Of a stretch of DNA of 64,000 nucleotides, positions 29,048 through 40,065 are shown piece by piece. The stretch covers positions 704,001 through 768,000 of the forward strand of contig CAWBAT010000004.1 in assembly GCA_963786955.1 (NCBI GenBank), given 5' to 3'. The notes beneath the pieces were generated by a model. That model saw only the letters and a program-made list of their open reading frames with translations, was not told the DNA's origin and ran no database searches. Each line of letters opens with the position of its first letter. The stretch's first letter is position 1. Position numbers and translations under genes: made by a program. This DNA is from an uncultured Acidimicrobiia bacterium. GTDB lineage: Bacteria; Acidobacteriota; Terriglobia; Versatilivoradales; Versatilivoraceae.

Positions 29048-29252
29048 TATTCCCGGTCCAGGAGATCAATATTTAGGTTCAAACATTCTATCGGCTGGCT
29101 ATTTCACAAATCTTAGGGATTCTGCAGACAGGGCTTTTTCCGCAAGTGATGGCCGATTCGCCCTCAAAGAGTTGCTTGCGGTGACTCACAGGTTGCCTGC
29201 CCCAATGATTCGGCAGCCGGGCAGGAATCACTCATCTTAATGAAGAATTTAA

Positions 29253-29501
29253 TTAAATATTTGGCATAGCGCGGTGGACTTCCCCCAAGGTTGTTTTAAG
29301 ATCTCTTCTTAGCTCTTCCCTATGGCCGATCTGTTCTCCGACCTTTCGGACAGCCAAACCTAATTCCCCCAGCCATTCGGAACCTGTCGCATAGGCAGTG
29401 CCCTGAACAGTTTCCAGTGAACAGGGATCTAATCCAGCCTCACGAAATTTTCCAATTACAGCATTGATGAAATGATAGAGTTCAGATGATGTGTTGGCCA
29501 T
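29253..29501 (-). CDS. Small hypothetical protein
   Basis: 82-aa ORF in otherwise non-coding DNA; ATGSEWLGELG segment. Confidence 0.5.
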   Translation of the reverse strand: MANTSSELYHFINAVIGKFREAGLDPCSLETVQGTAYATGSEWLGELGLAVRKVGEQIGHREELRRDLKTTLGEVHRAMPNI

Positions 29502-29748
29502 GAGTCTCTCTTGTTCTGATGAACCGCCATCTGATTTTCTTCTGTACTCGGCTGAAAGCTACTTAAGCAAGGACTGACTCAGACATGCATTCACTTTCCG
29601 ACCAGGCTTTGAGTTCTGACCGATCACACTAAATGGATAGGTTCTTCTGAGAGACAATATTCATTATCTTAACATCCGATTCACAGATTTATCTAGAATT
29701 GCCAAAATAGCTGTTCTGCGAGACATAACTTGGTTTGAGGGAGACTTA

Positions 29749-29875
29749 GTACTGCTATTCGTAATTGCGGTGACATATCTTAAGATAGGCGCCGCGTGGG
29801 GTCACGCGGCCTACAAAGTTGTAGGTCGGGGCACCGACCCGGCGTTAACGTTACCGTATTTATGAAAAGCAGTAC
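29749..29875 (+). mobile_element. 127-bp MITE-like element, copy 1
   Basis: Ends GTACTGCT/AGCAGTAC, flanked by TTA on both sides; reverse-complement homologue at 50377-50503. Confidence 0.8.
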
Positions 29876-29915
29876 TTAGCTTGGCCTCACTATCTGGCAT
29901 GAGAGAGGTTCTGAC

Positions 29916-31244
29916 ATGATACGCATCGTTAGTTGTGGATGCCTGTGTATGATCCTGCTGGCCCTGATTCCCGGGGTAGCCGGGAAACAAAACGATAAGC
30001 GGGGTTTCGAACCATTTAACTGGGTGTCCGAGCCGCCGCCGGACTGTCCATTTCCAATCTCTACTGAAATCACGGGGCTTCAGTTCACTGGTATCCATAG
30101 TGATTATCACTTTGCCGACACCTGGTTTCCTAGTTGGGCCGCTGACGGTAATCTTTATTCTCCTTTTACCGATGGCGATGTTTACGGCGAAATTTCAAAT
30201 TCAGACGGATACACTTTCAACAAAGATGGCTGCATGGGCACATTCAACTGTCAACCTCACAAGGCGACCACAGGGCAGGCCGTTCTGATCGGGGATGACC
30301 CTGTGAACCTGACCGTCAAAAGTTTGGGTACGGTCCAGGCTGATCCCTACCCCTATGGCGGACGTTATCCTTGCGGGAGCCTGGTTCACAACGGCATCTG
30401 GTACTATGGGACTTACTGCTTGTCTCCACACAGTGTGACAAGCTACGGAAAAACACTTTATAACTGGCCCTGGTTAGGGCCGTTGGTTGGCTTCCGCATT
30501 TCGACTGACTATGGTAAGACTTGGCGAGAGACTCCGCATCAAGCAGAGAAACCGCTTTTTGCTGAATCGGGTCTTTGGGGGCACTCCTTGAAGATTGGCG
30601 CACCCCATTTCGTCGACTTCGGCAGAGACATGGGACACTCCCCAGATGGAAAGGCTTACCTGGTGGCGCAGGGGGCAGTCGAGCCCGATTCCAAGCCGCG
30701 CTTTGGCAACCTGAGCTGGATCACAGCCGATCAGGTTTACCTGCTGCGTGTTACACCCTCCCTTGAGAATATGAACGACCCATCCAAGTATGAGTTTTAC
30801 GCTGGAACGGATGCCCGCGGCAATGCTCTCTGGACCCATACATTGGGCAAAATCAAACCGCTCTTAGAGTGGAACAACCGTATGGGTTGCGTCACCGTTA
30901 CCTACAATCAGCCGAAAAAGAAGTACTTGATGTGCGTGACCGATGGCGGGGATACCTCGGCCCGCATGCACACTTACGTTCTGGAGTCGAACCAGCTGGC
31001 AGGTCCCTGGCGCCTGGTGACTTACATGAAGAATTTTGGCGAGCAAGCTTACTTCGTGAATTTTCCATCGAAGTTTATTAGCGCCGACGGGCAAACCGCC
31101 TGGCTCTGTTACTCGGCTAATTTCGCCACCGACTGGAACGGGGAAAAAATCCAATCCAATCCTCCCGGCAGTCATTACGGTTTGGTGCTACAGCAGGTCA
31201 AATTATTGGGTGAACGGAAGGCCGGGAAAACCGGGAAGGACTGA
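29916..31244 (+). CDS. Secreted hypothetical protein, possible beta-propeller glycoside hydrolase (DUF4185-like)
   Basis: Signal peptide, ADTWFPSWAADG, Asp-box STDYGKTW, GPW motif. Confidence 0.65.
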   Translation: MIRIVSCGCLCMILLALIPGVAGKQNDKRGFEPFNWVSEPPPDCPFPISTEITGLQFTGIHSDYHFADTWFPSWAADGNLYSPFTDGDVYGEISNSDGYTFNKDGCMGTFNCQPHKATTGQAVLIGDDPVNLTVKSLGTVQADPYPYGGRYPCGSLVHNGIWYYGTYCLSPHSVTSYGKTLYNWPWLGPLVGFRISTDYGKTWRETPHQAEKPLFAESGLWGHSLKIGAPHFVDFGRDMGHSPDGKAYLVAQGAVEPDSKPRFGNLSWITADQVYLLRVTPSLENMNDPSKYEFYAGTDARGNALWTHTLGKIKPLLEWNNRMGCVTVTYNQPKKKYLMCVTDGGDTSARMHTYVLESNQLAGPWRLVTYMKNFGEQAYFVNFPSKFISADGQTAWLCYSANFATDWNGEKIQSNPPGSHYGLVLQQVKLLGERKAGKTGKD

Positions 31245-31530
31245 ATCATTCAGGAAATCGTCGAGTCCACGTCTTGTGGCGGTTCAGCGAGACACATTCT
31301 AATTCACCCACCCTTGGAGCCTCAAGGCTCCGTCCGCTCCGGCGGAGGGGGATCCACCGGGTCTCCTTCTCCGCGCCTCTTTTCCTAAACGAGGGAGAGG
31401 GGTAAAGGGGACTATTCTTGGTCCCCCATCAAGAATGAATATAAACGGGGTCCGCATGGCCACAAAATCACCTTGCCCACTCCGCGCTTTCTCACCCGCC
31501 CGGCCAAACCTTAATGCAAAAGGACCAACC

Positions 31531-34500
31531 TTACTCGCTATCCACGACCTTAATCCTTTGCTCAGCCCCATTACAACGAATCTCAGGGACATACATGGCA
31601 TGACCCACAACCGGCAAAGCATGAAATTGTCCTGGAACTTCAGCCCGAAGCTCATAGCGAATTTGCCATATCCCCTCAGGCAATTTGTCGATGAACAGCG
31701 CCACTTTTCGATCCCGCAATTCCTGGTAGACCCAACGGGTGCGACCCGAAAAATCTTCGGAAGACAAAGTTCGATCGGACTTCATTTTCTCGAAGGCATC
31801 AGATCTTAATTCCTTCGTATAGAGGGGTTCGCCACTGCGGACCTGGACCGCTTCCAACCCCGCCGGCTTCAAATCTTCGAAGACCAGGTATTCGTAGTTG
31901 TTCTTGGCTTCAATGGTGATGATCACTTCAGCCCGTTCGCCACTTCTGATTGAATCACCATCATTGAGAGGTTGCCTATCCGTGACAAATCCTTTTAATA
32001 ATGTGGGCCGGTTAGACAGCCGGTAGTACTGGCGACGGACGAAGATTTCATTTCCTGCCGGAGAAATGGGGTCCTCAAGGCTGAAGAACTGCGCCTGCAC
32101 GGCAAAATAGAGCGGGCTTTTGCCGCTTCTGCGCATAATCTTGATGTCATTCGCTCCATCGCGAATGAATTGGCGGTCAATGAGAAATTGACTGGGGGCC
32201 GCGAAGGCATCCGCAGGTGTGATTCTCTTAACCACAACAGTTCGGTTGTTCACCGATAGCTCGTACTCAGCGTCGGGCGTCAACTCACCGCTCTGCTTGA
32301 GATAACTGTTCAATGCCAGGATCGTAATCGCTGTGTCTCTCGTGTTACTCCATTGTGCTCCTCGTCGATTCTTGATCAACCAGTTGACGACCGGCTCGAC
32401 CAGTTGATTCTTCGGATCAATGGTGAGCAGAGCACGCAATGCAAACGATGTGGCCTCGACGCCACCTTCCGACCAACGCCAGTAGATCCCGTCTTCCCCC
32501 CAGTGGGCGGTACTCATGACAGCATCATGTGATGACTGATTACCCCGCTGGACGATGGAAGTGTCGGGTTTCGAGTCGATTTTCACCCCGTTCTCCAGGT
32601 TCTGAACCAGGGTCCTCGCTTTGTCGGCATTCCCATAAGAATGCGCGGAAAGCGCCAATAGCGCTCGCGTATAGGCATTCAATTGGTCACGATTCTTCCA
32701 CAGGTTATCATAGGCCGCAGACTGAAACTTTGAGATCGTCTCGTGCTTCGAAGAAACGTGTTGAGCAGATAAGGCGTGCAGCATCCACGCCTGCATATCG
32801 GGGTTCGTTTCTTCTTCCACAATCTCTTTGTCGAGAAAATTAGCTCCTCTGTCCAACACATCGGCTTTGATGTCAACACCTGCTTCGCGAGCCAACGTGA
32901 GTCCCCAAACAACGTACGCCGTCATGAAGTGATCGCTTTCTCCCTCCTTCCACCAACCCCAACCTCCGTCGCTATGCTGGAAGTCATAGAGTCGATTGAG
33001 ACCTTTCTTTACCATGTCATTGAGCTCGGCCAGGTTCTTCTTCCCCTTGGAGTGCGTCTTGTCCACATGCTCCTGGACGATGCCTCCAAAGACCCGGCTC
33101 ATTACAGTCTCGGGTTGTAGTCCCAAGCCTCCCAGAGTTTTGGCCGTGATGGCCGCCGGGAGAAATCGACTCATTGTCTGTTCCGTGCACCCATAAGGAT
33201 AATCAATGAGATAAGGAAGTGCGTCGAGCATCGTCACTGCCAGGCTGGGAGTGATCTGAACCATCATTTGGGTGGAATCCAGTTTGCGTTGACTGGGTAG
33301 ATCCAGTTTCACCGTCAGCTCATCTCCGCGCATTTTGCCGGACTTGGAAATAAACTTTTCGATACCGTGTTCATAGACGGTAAATTCATTCTCCATGGCA
33401 TCCGCATACTTGTCGCTACGAGCCGTGACCTTGAGTTTGGCTTGGCCCGGCTTTTGAACCAAAACATTCCAATCGACACGCGCTTCCCCATTGGCTTTGA
33501 CAAGGGTCGCAGCGGCAGGGTTCTCTCCCAAGGCCTGACTCGCGTCTCCCTTGGCAAGGACAAGACCCTGCAAAGCCAAAGCAGGCACAACGGTCATTGG
33601 TTTTTCGGTATTATTGTTGATGACAGCTGAAACCGTTACCGTGTCGCCCACAACAAAGAATCGCGGCGCTTGCAGACGAACGATTAGCGGTTGTTGGGTC
33701 CGTGTGGAAGCAGAGCCCATACCGAACTGATTGGTTTCGGAAGCCACCCGTGCGACAGCCTTCCAGCTCGTTAGAGCGTCTGGATATTTCACCTTAACGA
33801 CAGCTTTGCCGTTTTTATCCGTGACAATATCCGGCTGCCAGATCACCGTGGAACGGAAATCGCTGCGAACTTGCACGGCAGGCTCTTGTCCGGGTTTAGC
33901 CATCAAAGCGGCCTTTTGATCCATGCCGACGAGAGAGTCCTTCATCGCAACCTGGCGATTGCTCGCCATCTCGGAAGCAGGGGCGGCAAGTGCAAGCGAT
34001 TTTGCCATCGGACCGTCCATTCGCCCACCGATAGCACCACCGACAACGCCCGCGGTCCTCTGGGCTGCTGTGTAGACTTTACCTTCCTCCCGCGCACCGA
34101 ATCCCCCACTCTTTTCTTTCTTCAGTCTGTCGAGATCTCGTTCATCAACCAACTTCTTTTCGGCATCCTCAACCAGCTTGGAGTAGGACTTCATGTTTAG
34201 TGTGCTTTGCGTCTGAATTTGATTCGAGCGTTTGGAGCCGAAATAGAACTGGCGCGGATCACCGGCATAATCTTGCTGGATGTAATAGACAGATTCGTCC
34301 ACCATTCCCAGGGCGACTTCCGCAGACACCGGCTTGCCCTCCTGGTCTGTGCTGGTGATGGTTAGCCGTCCCTCTTCACGTGGCTGGTACTGTGGCCTGT
34401 CGGAGCTGACGTCTACCTTAAGAAAATGTTGAATCGGTGGAACGATCACCTGCTTGGTGTCGACGAACAATTGACGGTCACTGAACATTGCCGCACTGAG

Positions 34501-37476
34501 GAAGATGTTGGGCACATGTTTTTCCTGAATCTCCAGTTCGAGCAACTTCACGGTTCCGGTCACGTGAACGAGTTGAGTGCTATAAAGATCGTCCCCTTCA
34601 ATATTGAACAGGACATATCGGTCGGCAGTGGGCACGGCTAGCATCACCGGCGCTTTTTGACCGGCGCGAAACGTGTCTTTGTCTAGGATAATCTCGAGCC
34701 CACCGTGGCGGTAACCAAGATCTGAGCTGGTACTTCGGGCTACCCAGACAACTGTTTCAGCCTTAATGGGCGCTCTCCCTTTATCCTGGCTGACCCAGGA
34801 GATGCGGTAGTAACCTTCCCGCTCCGGGGTAAAGGCAAATTCGGTTTCCCCATCCGTCCCGGTTTTGATCAGGCGTGTCATAATCTCATCCTGCTGATAT
34901 CCACGAAACTTCAGTTGCCAGGGTCTTCCACCGGCTGGAGGCAGCGGAGGGAAAACAGATCCTTTCCCGCGGAATGATTCCAAGTCTGCCCCTTTGAGTT
35001 CATGTCCGTCAGAATCCAGCCAGATTTCGTACCAGTAGTTTCGGGTGAGCTTGATTCGTCCTTCCACCGCCAATGGCTGGCTGTTGGCGTCCAACGTTTT
35101 GATGTTGATGTTCACCTTGTCCTGCGGCCGGTAGAGATTGTGCTCGGGGCGGGGATAAACATAATAGCGTTGACGTGTGACGCGCACGGTCTCACTCCCA
35201 AGAATCTCGCGCCGGGAAGCATCGGTCACCCGGGCTTCGATGCGATATTCGAAATCCTGTTGAGCGTTCCGGGGCGTGTCAAAGGAAAGATTCACCTTCC
35301 CCGTGGCGTCCGTTCTCAGGCTCTCCCGCTTGATCACCTGGCCTTCACCCCAGTAATTTCGATAGGAGGAAGACATATCCTCATAGAACCAGGGATAATC
35401 GCGCTGCGGCTGCCAGGTATGATAAAACGGTTTTTGGTAAACCAGTACCTCCACGGTTGCGTTTGAGACTGCCCCACCGAAGTAATAGTCCGCTTGAACA
35501 GTGACTTCAACCGGATCACCCAGGCGAAAAGCTTTCTTTATTCCAGCTTCTTCCGGTGTCTGGATGTTTACCTTAAATTCAGGGAGCTTGTATTCTTCCA
35601 GACGGAACAAAGTCGCATTGCCAATATGCTGATGACGGCCTTCGTCCCAGAAGTTGACTTGATATTCGCCCAGAGGCATCGACTCGGTGAGATCGAGTGA
35701 TCCCCAGGCACTGCCAAAATCGTTGAGTGTCGCCGTCCCTTCCTTTACTTTGGCACCGCGTGGGTCGTGAATCTCAAATTCAATATTCTGGTGAGCGGGA
35801 GTAGAATATAGGGCGCCATTATATCTTCTGGCCAAAAATTTCCACTGCACCGATTCCATTGGCCGGTAAGCCGGCCGGTCCGTAAAAGCATAGATTCGCC
35901 AAGGCGGGTTATTTTGAGCGTTGGAGTAACTCTGCCCCGTGCTAAAGGCCTGACGGGCGTTAAGAGTGGCCCCGACAAACAACCTCATATATTGGGCCTT
36001 GTCGGGCAGATCAAAAACAGCGAACCCGTCCTGGTTTGTGCTCTTGACAGTCTCTTGCCAAATCCATTTCCGTTGATTGGTGCTTCCCTGCCATAATTGG
36101 ATTCGGGCGCCCGAAAGAGGGGCACCATTGAGGGCACTGCCAAAATAGACCAAGGCCTGCTTTCCACTGGTTTTAAAAACCAGCGCAGCGTCGGTAACGA
36201 GGACTAGATCACGCGTCTTTGTGCCCTGACTCTTAGCCTCAAGCACATAAGCACCGACGGGCAACTTCGCTCCTAGACGAATAGTCTCTTCTCCCGGTTT
36301 ATAGTCTCCTTTGTTCTCGATTTCCTTGGACCAAGCCTTGACCAGCGCGGATTCAATTAAGGCGATGGATTGGATCCAGGATGATTCAGAGGAATCCTTT
36401 TCCGAAAACCGCACATCATGGGTGAGATCCACTTTGAATAGGGCCAGCTCAATTCTCTGAATATTGCGCCAGTTCAGGTGGAATTGAATTTCGGAATCGG
36501 GCAGAAAGATATTGGGAACCATGACTCCCAGGGCGGGTGAAGTAATGGTTTTAATCTGTTGCTGGGCCTGGTCGTAATAACGGGTCTCCCCTTTGCGATA
36601 CTCATTTACGAGACGCTGAAACAGTTCGAGCCCTTTGACATAATCGGGTTCCTGGCGCCACTGGCCGTCTTCGAGGGGAACAATGCGTCCTTGGCCGGCC
36701 ATCCATTCCGCATAATGGTAAAGGGCGTCATCGTACCATTCGCTGGTTTTCCCTGGTTTAATCGCGGCTTCAAACTCTTCCGGTACACGCTGCCGCTGTT
36801 CCCACTCACCGCCCCGTTGCAGGATGGTCATAGCAATCAGATAGTGAGCATGAGCCTTGTCATTGTCGCTCGAAGAAATTTTGAGAGCGTTTTCGAGGAT
36901 CTCGAGAGGAATCGTATTACCGTAGTAACCGTAATAGTAGTAAGGCTCGACCCAGGGAGGCCTCGCCATGCTCCAGACCATCTTAAGATAGCGCGCGCGC
37001 GCCATTTCCAAATTCGAGGCACCTGCCCACCAATCGAGTGCCAGTTGGTAATGGGTCCAGGACTGACTCCAGTCCGGGGAATTCCGTCGTATCCAATAAA
37101 AGTCACCCAGGGATTCCTGCACTTCGGCCCAGACGCGGTCTCGGTCTTCGGCCCGATGGATATCTCGGACCAGAGTCTCCAGTTGCAGCCGCGCGCTGTC
37201 CAGCTTTGTCAAATCCGCTGTTTGAGTGGAGGCCTGGGAGCGCCAAAGGCAGTCGGCTATTCGAAAATCGACCCAACGTAATTCGGCAGTAGAAAGGTTC
37301 TGTTGCTTCGCTTTCAGGTAAATTTCGTAGGCGCGCGCATAAGAAGACTCAGCATGAAAGCGCTCGGCCTCTGTTTTGAGTTGATCGTAATCCAATTGTT
37401 GGGTTTGATTGGCGCGCCCAGTCAACAGGCACAAAGAAAGGGCAGCCAGAAAGCCTAATATCTTCAATGATTTCAT
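31531..37476 (-). CDS. Bacterial alpha-2-macroglobulin family protein
   Basis: TDRPAYRP (MG2), VRSDF, YPYGCTEQ thioester motif, QHSDGGWGWW, AMYVPE C-terminus. Confidence 0.95.
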   Translation of the reverse strand: MKSLKILGFLAALSLCLLTGRANQTQQLDYDQLKTEAERFHAESSYARAYEIYLKAKQQNLSTAELRWVDFRIADCLWRSQASTQTADLTKLDSARLQLETLVRDIHRAEDRDRVWAEVQESLGDFYWIRRNSPDWSQSWTHYQLALDWWAGASNLEMARARYLKMVWSMARPPWVEPYYYYGYYGNTIPLEILENALKISSSDNDKAHAHYLIAMTILQRGGEWEQRQRVPEEFEAAIKPGKTSEWYDDALYHYAEWMAGQGRIVPLEDGQWRQEPDYVKGLELFQRLVNEYRKGETRYYDQAQQQIKTITSPALGVMVPNIFLPDSEIQFHLNWRNIQRIELALFKVDLTHDVRFSEKDSSESSWIQSIALIESALVKAWSKEIENKGDYKPGEETIRLGAKLPVGAYVLEAKSQGTKTRDLVLVTDAALVFKTSGKQALVYFGSALNGAPLSGARIQLWQGSTNQRKWIWQETVKSTNQDGFAVFDLPDKAQYMRLFVGATLNARQAFSTGQSYSNAQNNPPWRIYAFTDRPAYRPMESVQWKFLARRYNGALYSTPAHQNIEFEIHDPRGAKVKEGTATLNDFGSAWGSLDLTESMPLGEYQVNFWDEGRHQHIGNATLFRLEEYKLPEFKVNIQTPEEAGIKKAFRLGDPVEVTVQADYYFGGAVSNATVEVLVYQKPFYHTWQPQRDYPWFYEDMSSSYRNYWGEGQVIKRESLRTDATGKVNLSFDTPRNAQQDFEYRIEARVTDASRREILGSETVRVTRQRYYVYPRPEHNLYRPQDKVNINIKTLDANSQPLAVEGRIKLTRNYWYEIWLDSDGHELKGADLESFRGKGSVFPPLPPAGGRPWQLKFRGYQQDEIMTRLIKTGTDGETEFAFTPEREGYYRISWVSQDKGRAPIKAETVVWVARSTSSDLGYRHGGLEIILDKDTFRAGQKAPVMLAVPTADRYVLFNIEGDDLYSTQLVHVTGTVKLLELEIQEKHVPNIFLSAAMFSDRQLFVDTKQVIVPPIQHFLKVDVSSDRPQYQPREEGRLTITSTDQEGKPVSAEVALGMVDESVYYIQQDYAGDPRQFYFGSKRSNQIQTQSTLNMKSYSKLVEDAEKKLVDERDLDRLKKEKSGGFGAREEGKVYTAAQRTAGVVGGAIGGRMDGPMAKSLALAAPASEMASNRQVAMKDSLVGMDQKAALMAKPGQEPAVQVRSDFRSTVIWQPDIVTDKNGKAVVKVKYPDALTSWKAVARVASETNQFGMGSASTRTQQPLIVRLQAPRFFVVGDTVTVSAVINNNTEKPMTVVPALALQGLVLAKGDASQALGENPAAATLVKANGEARVDWNVLVQKPGQAKLKVTARSDKYADAMENEFTVYEHGIEKFISKSGKMRGDELTVKLDLPSQRKLDSTQMMVQITPSLAVTMLDALPYLIDYPYGCTEQTMSRFLPAAITAKTLGGLGLQPETVMSRVFGGIVQEHVDKTHSKGKKNLAELNDMVKKGLNRLYDFQHSDGGWGWWKEGESDHFMTAYVVWGLTLAREAGVDIKADVLDRGANFLDKEIVEEETNPDMQAWMLHALSAQHVSSKHETISKFQSAAYDNLWKNRDQLNAYTRALLALSAHSYGNADKARTLVQNLENGVKIDSKPDTSIVQRGNQSSHDAVMSTAHWGEDGIYWRWSEGGVEATSFALRALLTIDPKNQLVEPVVNWLIKNRRGAQWSNTRDTAITILALNSYLKQSGELTPDAEYELSVNNRTVVVKRITPADAFAAPSQFLIDRQFIRDGANDIKIMRRSGKSPLYFAVQAQFFSLEDPISPAGNEIFVRRQYYRLSNRPTLLKGFVTDRQPLNDGDSIRSGERAEVIITIEAKNNYEYLVFEDLKPAGLEAVQVRSGEPLYTKELRSDAFEKMKSDRTLSSEDFSGRTRWVYQELRDRKVALFIDKLPEGIWQIRYELRAEVPGQFHALPVVGHAMYVPEIRCNGAEQRIKVVDSE

Positions 37477-37656
37477 GGGTCACATCCAAAGGTTTGGGTT
37501 GTTCTGGCACACCAGAATTACCCTGGAATCGATGTCACGCAGCGTGATTGGCGAATGCAACGACTCACTCCACGTAACCCTTACAATCCTATAGACGGAA
37601 TTTACTCCACCTCTTGCATCATTTATTCTGAATTCCGAAGTTGCATGAGCGTCGCT

Positions 37657-37870
37657 AGGTGGAGCGGGCGCGTGGGACCGCTCGTTGGGTGGCGACATGT
37701 GTTTTTGGCATGTCTGCGTGAAACAGCAGCATCAAAGAAGACTGTCCAAAACTAAATGACCCCTATCCTGTAGATGGCTGAATCTCGAGCTTAACCATTT
37801 GAAGGCCCCCGAACTCAAGACTAGCTAGGCCTGTTCGCAGACATGCCAACGACGCATGTCTGCGCCGCCC
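37657..37870. repeat. Cluster of REP-like palindromes from two families
   Basis: AGGTGGAGCGGGCGCGTGGGACCGC (also inverted near 42425-42450) and an inverted pair of ACATG..GCATGTCTGCG hairpins at 37687-37718 and 37836-37870. Confidence 0.7.
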
Positions 37871-38091
37871 ATGAAGAACTGCCCAGCTTGACATCCCACC
37901 GCAGGAAGCCTCAAATTCGAGGATGGCCCAAAGTGTAACGTTACTTCGTGCATTTGTATTAGACTCAGCTTCAATGAACGAATAGCAGCGCTGACAAATT
38001 CAAGACTCATCATCACAAGACCAAAGAAACCAAAACAAATAAAATCGATGTTCCATAACTCTCGGCCTATCGCGGGATAACGATAGGTACT

Positions 38092-39906
38092 CTAAGGCTC
38101 CGAGGCGAACTTTTTCTTCTCAAGTTCAGCCCAGCGAGCATAGAGCCTACTGACCAGTTCCTGGGCTTCTTCCAGAGCCTGGTGGCGCTCCAGCAGCTTG
38201 GCAGAATCCGACGCAATCGCCGGGTCTTCGGCTTCCCGACGGCGCTGATCGAGAGCGGTTTCGGCCTCCAGAATCTTCCTTTCCATTTGGTCCCATTCGA
38301 TCTGATCGAGGTAAGATAGCCGTTTAGTGCGGTCTGAGGCCGTGATTCCCTTGGTCCGTGCTGCCTTCGCTTTGGCAGTCTCGTCCGATTTGGGCAAGCT
38401 GCAAGCCTCCTCCCATTGCAGGTAATCGGCGAAAACACCGGAACCTCCCTCACCATCCAAGCCCAGGGCCACTGTACAGATGCGGTCAAGCATGAACCGG
38501 TCATGGGTTACTAGTACTAAAGCTCCCGGAAACTCCGACAGGCTCTCTTCAAGGATTTCGAGCGTAGGAATATCCAGGTCGTTGGTGGGTTCGTCAAGCA
38601 GCAGGAGGTCCGCCGGCTGCAGCATGAGCCGTGCGATCAGTGCCCGGGCTTGCTCGCCTCCGGAAAGCCTCCCCACTGGCATGTCCAATTGTTCCGGTCG
38701 AAAAAGGAAACGTCGGGCATATCCGGCAATGTGAACGGATTGGTCGCGATAGATGACTGAATCTCCGTCCGGAGCCAGCGTTCGTCTGAGCGAGAGATCT
38801 TTCTCCAGTTGTGCACGGCTCTGATCAAAGACTACGAGACGCAGTCCATCGGCCCGTTCCACGCGGCCCGAGTCAGGAGTGACCTCTCCGGTTAGTAGTT
38901 TCAATAGAGTGGTCTTGCCGCTGCCGTTCGCTCCAAGAAGACCGAGTTTGACGCCAGGGGAAAGGATAAAGCTCAGATCTGAAAAGAGTGTCTGATTCCC
39001 CATCTGTTTGCCGAGTTTCTCAACTCGAATGAGTTGCTTGCTCTTGCGATGGGAGCTGGTGAAATCAATGAGCGTGGCGGCTTGAGAATTCCTGGCTCGC
39101 ACCTCCGCAAGTTCGCTCATCAGCCCTTCCGCGGCTTTAATCCGGGAGCGGGACTTTCCCCTTCTTGCTTTGGGTCCCCGGCGCAGCCATTCTGCCTCCC
39201 GGCGCACCTTGTTCGCGAGTGATTCCTCCTGCTTGGATTGCGCCGCTAGAAATTCTTCCTTTTTGACCAGGAATTCGGTGTAGCTACCCTCAATATTGAA
39301 CAGGCCGGGGGGATAGAGCCTGTTCAACTCGATCATGTGGGTCACCACGTTGTCCAGGAAGTAACGATCATGGCTGACGATCAAGCTGGCAAAAGGGGCT
39401 GAGACCAGCAACGTTTCCAGCCATTCGATGCCTTGCAAGTCGAGGTGATTGGTCGGTTCGTCGAGCAGCAGCAGGTCCGGGGCTCTCACGAGCTCGCAGG
39501 CTATGGCCAGGCGCTTCTTCCAACCGCCCGACAAATTGCCGGCTATCTCGTGGTCGTCGTCGAACCCCGACTTCCCCATGACCGTACGCAGGCGGGCAGT
39601 CTTTTCACCTTCTTCGATCAACGCAGGGGCGAGGCAAGCCTCTAGGATTTGGTGGACGGAACGATCTGACGGAAAATCAGATTCCTGAGGAACATAGCCG
39701 ACGCTTAGTTTCTTTCGGCTGGAAACTGTGCCGGTATCCGGCACTTCAAGACCGGCCAGGATTTTCAGCAAGGTAGATTTACCGGAACCGTTGGGTCCGA
39801 TCAGTCCGGAACGTTCTCCTTCTGAAAGGCCGAATGAAATATCTTCAAAGAGGTGCTGGGCACCGTAAGACTTACTTATGGATTGGCAACTCAGCAACAG
39901 CGGCAT
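38092..39906 (-). CDS. uup: ABC-F family ATPase, Uup-like
   Basis: Two ABC cassettes (GPNGSGKST, LSGG, DEPTN twice), EAEWLRRGPKAR linker, LYARWAELE C-terminus. Confidence 0.88.
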   Translation of the reverse strand: MPLLLSCQSISKSYGAQHLFEDISFGLSEGERSGLIGPNGSGKSTLLKILAGLEVPDTGTVSSRKKLSVGYVPQESDFPSDRSVHQILEACLAPALIEEGEKTARLRTVMGKSGFDDDHEIAGNLSGGWKKRLAIACELVRAPDLLLLDEPTNHLDLQGIEWLETLLVSAPFASLIVSHDRYFLDNVVTHMIELNRLYPPGLFNIEGSYTEFLVKKEEFLAAQSKQEESLANKVRREAEWLRRGPKARRGKSRSRIKAAEGLMSELAEVRARNSQAATLIDFTSSHRKSKQLIRVEKLGKQMGNQTLFSDLSFILSPGVKLGLLGANGSGKTTLLKLLTGEVTPDSGRVERADGLRLVVFDQSRAQLEKDLSLRRTLAPDGDSVIYRDQSVHIAGYARRFLFRPEQLDMPVGRLSGGEQARALIARLMLQPADLLLLDEPTNDLDIPTLEILEESLSEFPGALVLVTHDRFMLDRICTVALGLDGEGGSGVFADYLQWEEACSLPKSDETAKAKAARTKGITASDRTKRLSYLDQIEWDQMERKILEAETALDQRRREAEDPAIASDSAKLLERHQALEEAQELVSRLYARWAELEKKKFASEP

Positions 39907-40003
39907 GAAAAAATGTAGAGCTCTCCAAATCGTTTATAACATGCTTCACAGAGCTCATAAACATGAATCAAATGTAGAACCTGCGGGTACGGGTCAGTCG
40001 TCC

Positions 40004-40050
40004 GCGGGTTGGCGCAGACATGCGACTTGCGCATGTCTGCGCCAGTCCGC
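40004..40050. repeat. REP-like long hairpin
   Basis: GCGGGTTGGCGCAGACATGCG-ACTTG-CGCATGTCTGCGCCAGTCCGC; same family as 37836-37870. Confidence 0.7.
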
Positions 40051-40065
40051 GATAGGCAGAAGCAC

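Noticed and set aside
37825-38060. Small hydrophobic ORF between A2M and uup
   Set aside because: No clear start or SD, runs into REP hairpins, no recognisable motif.
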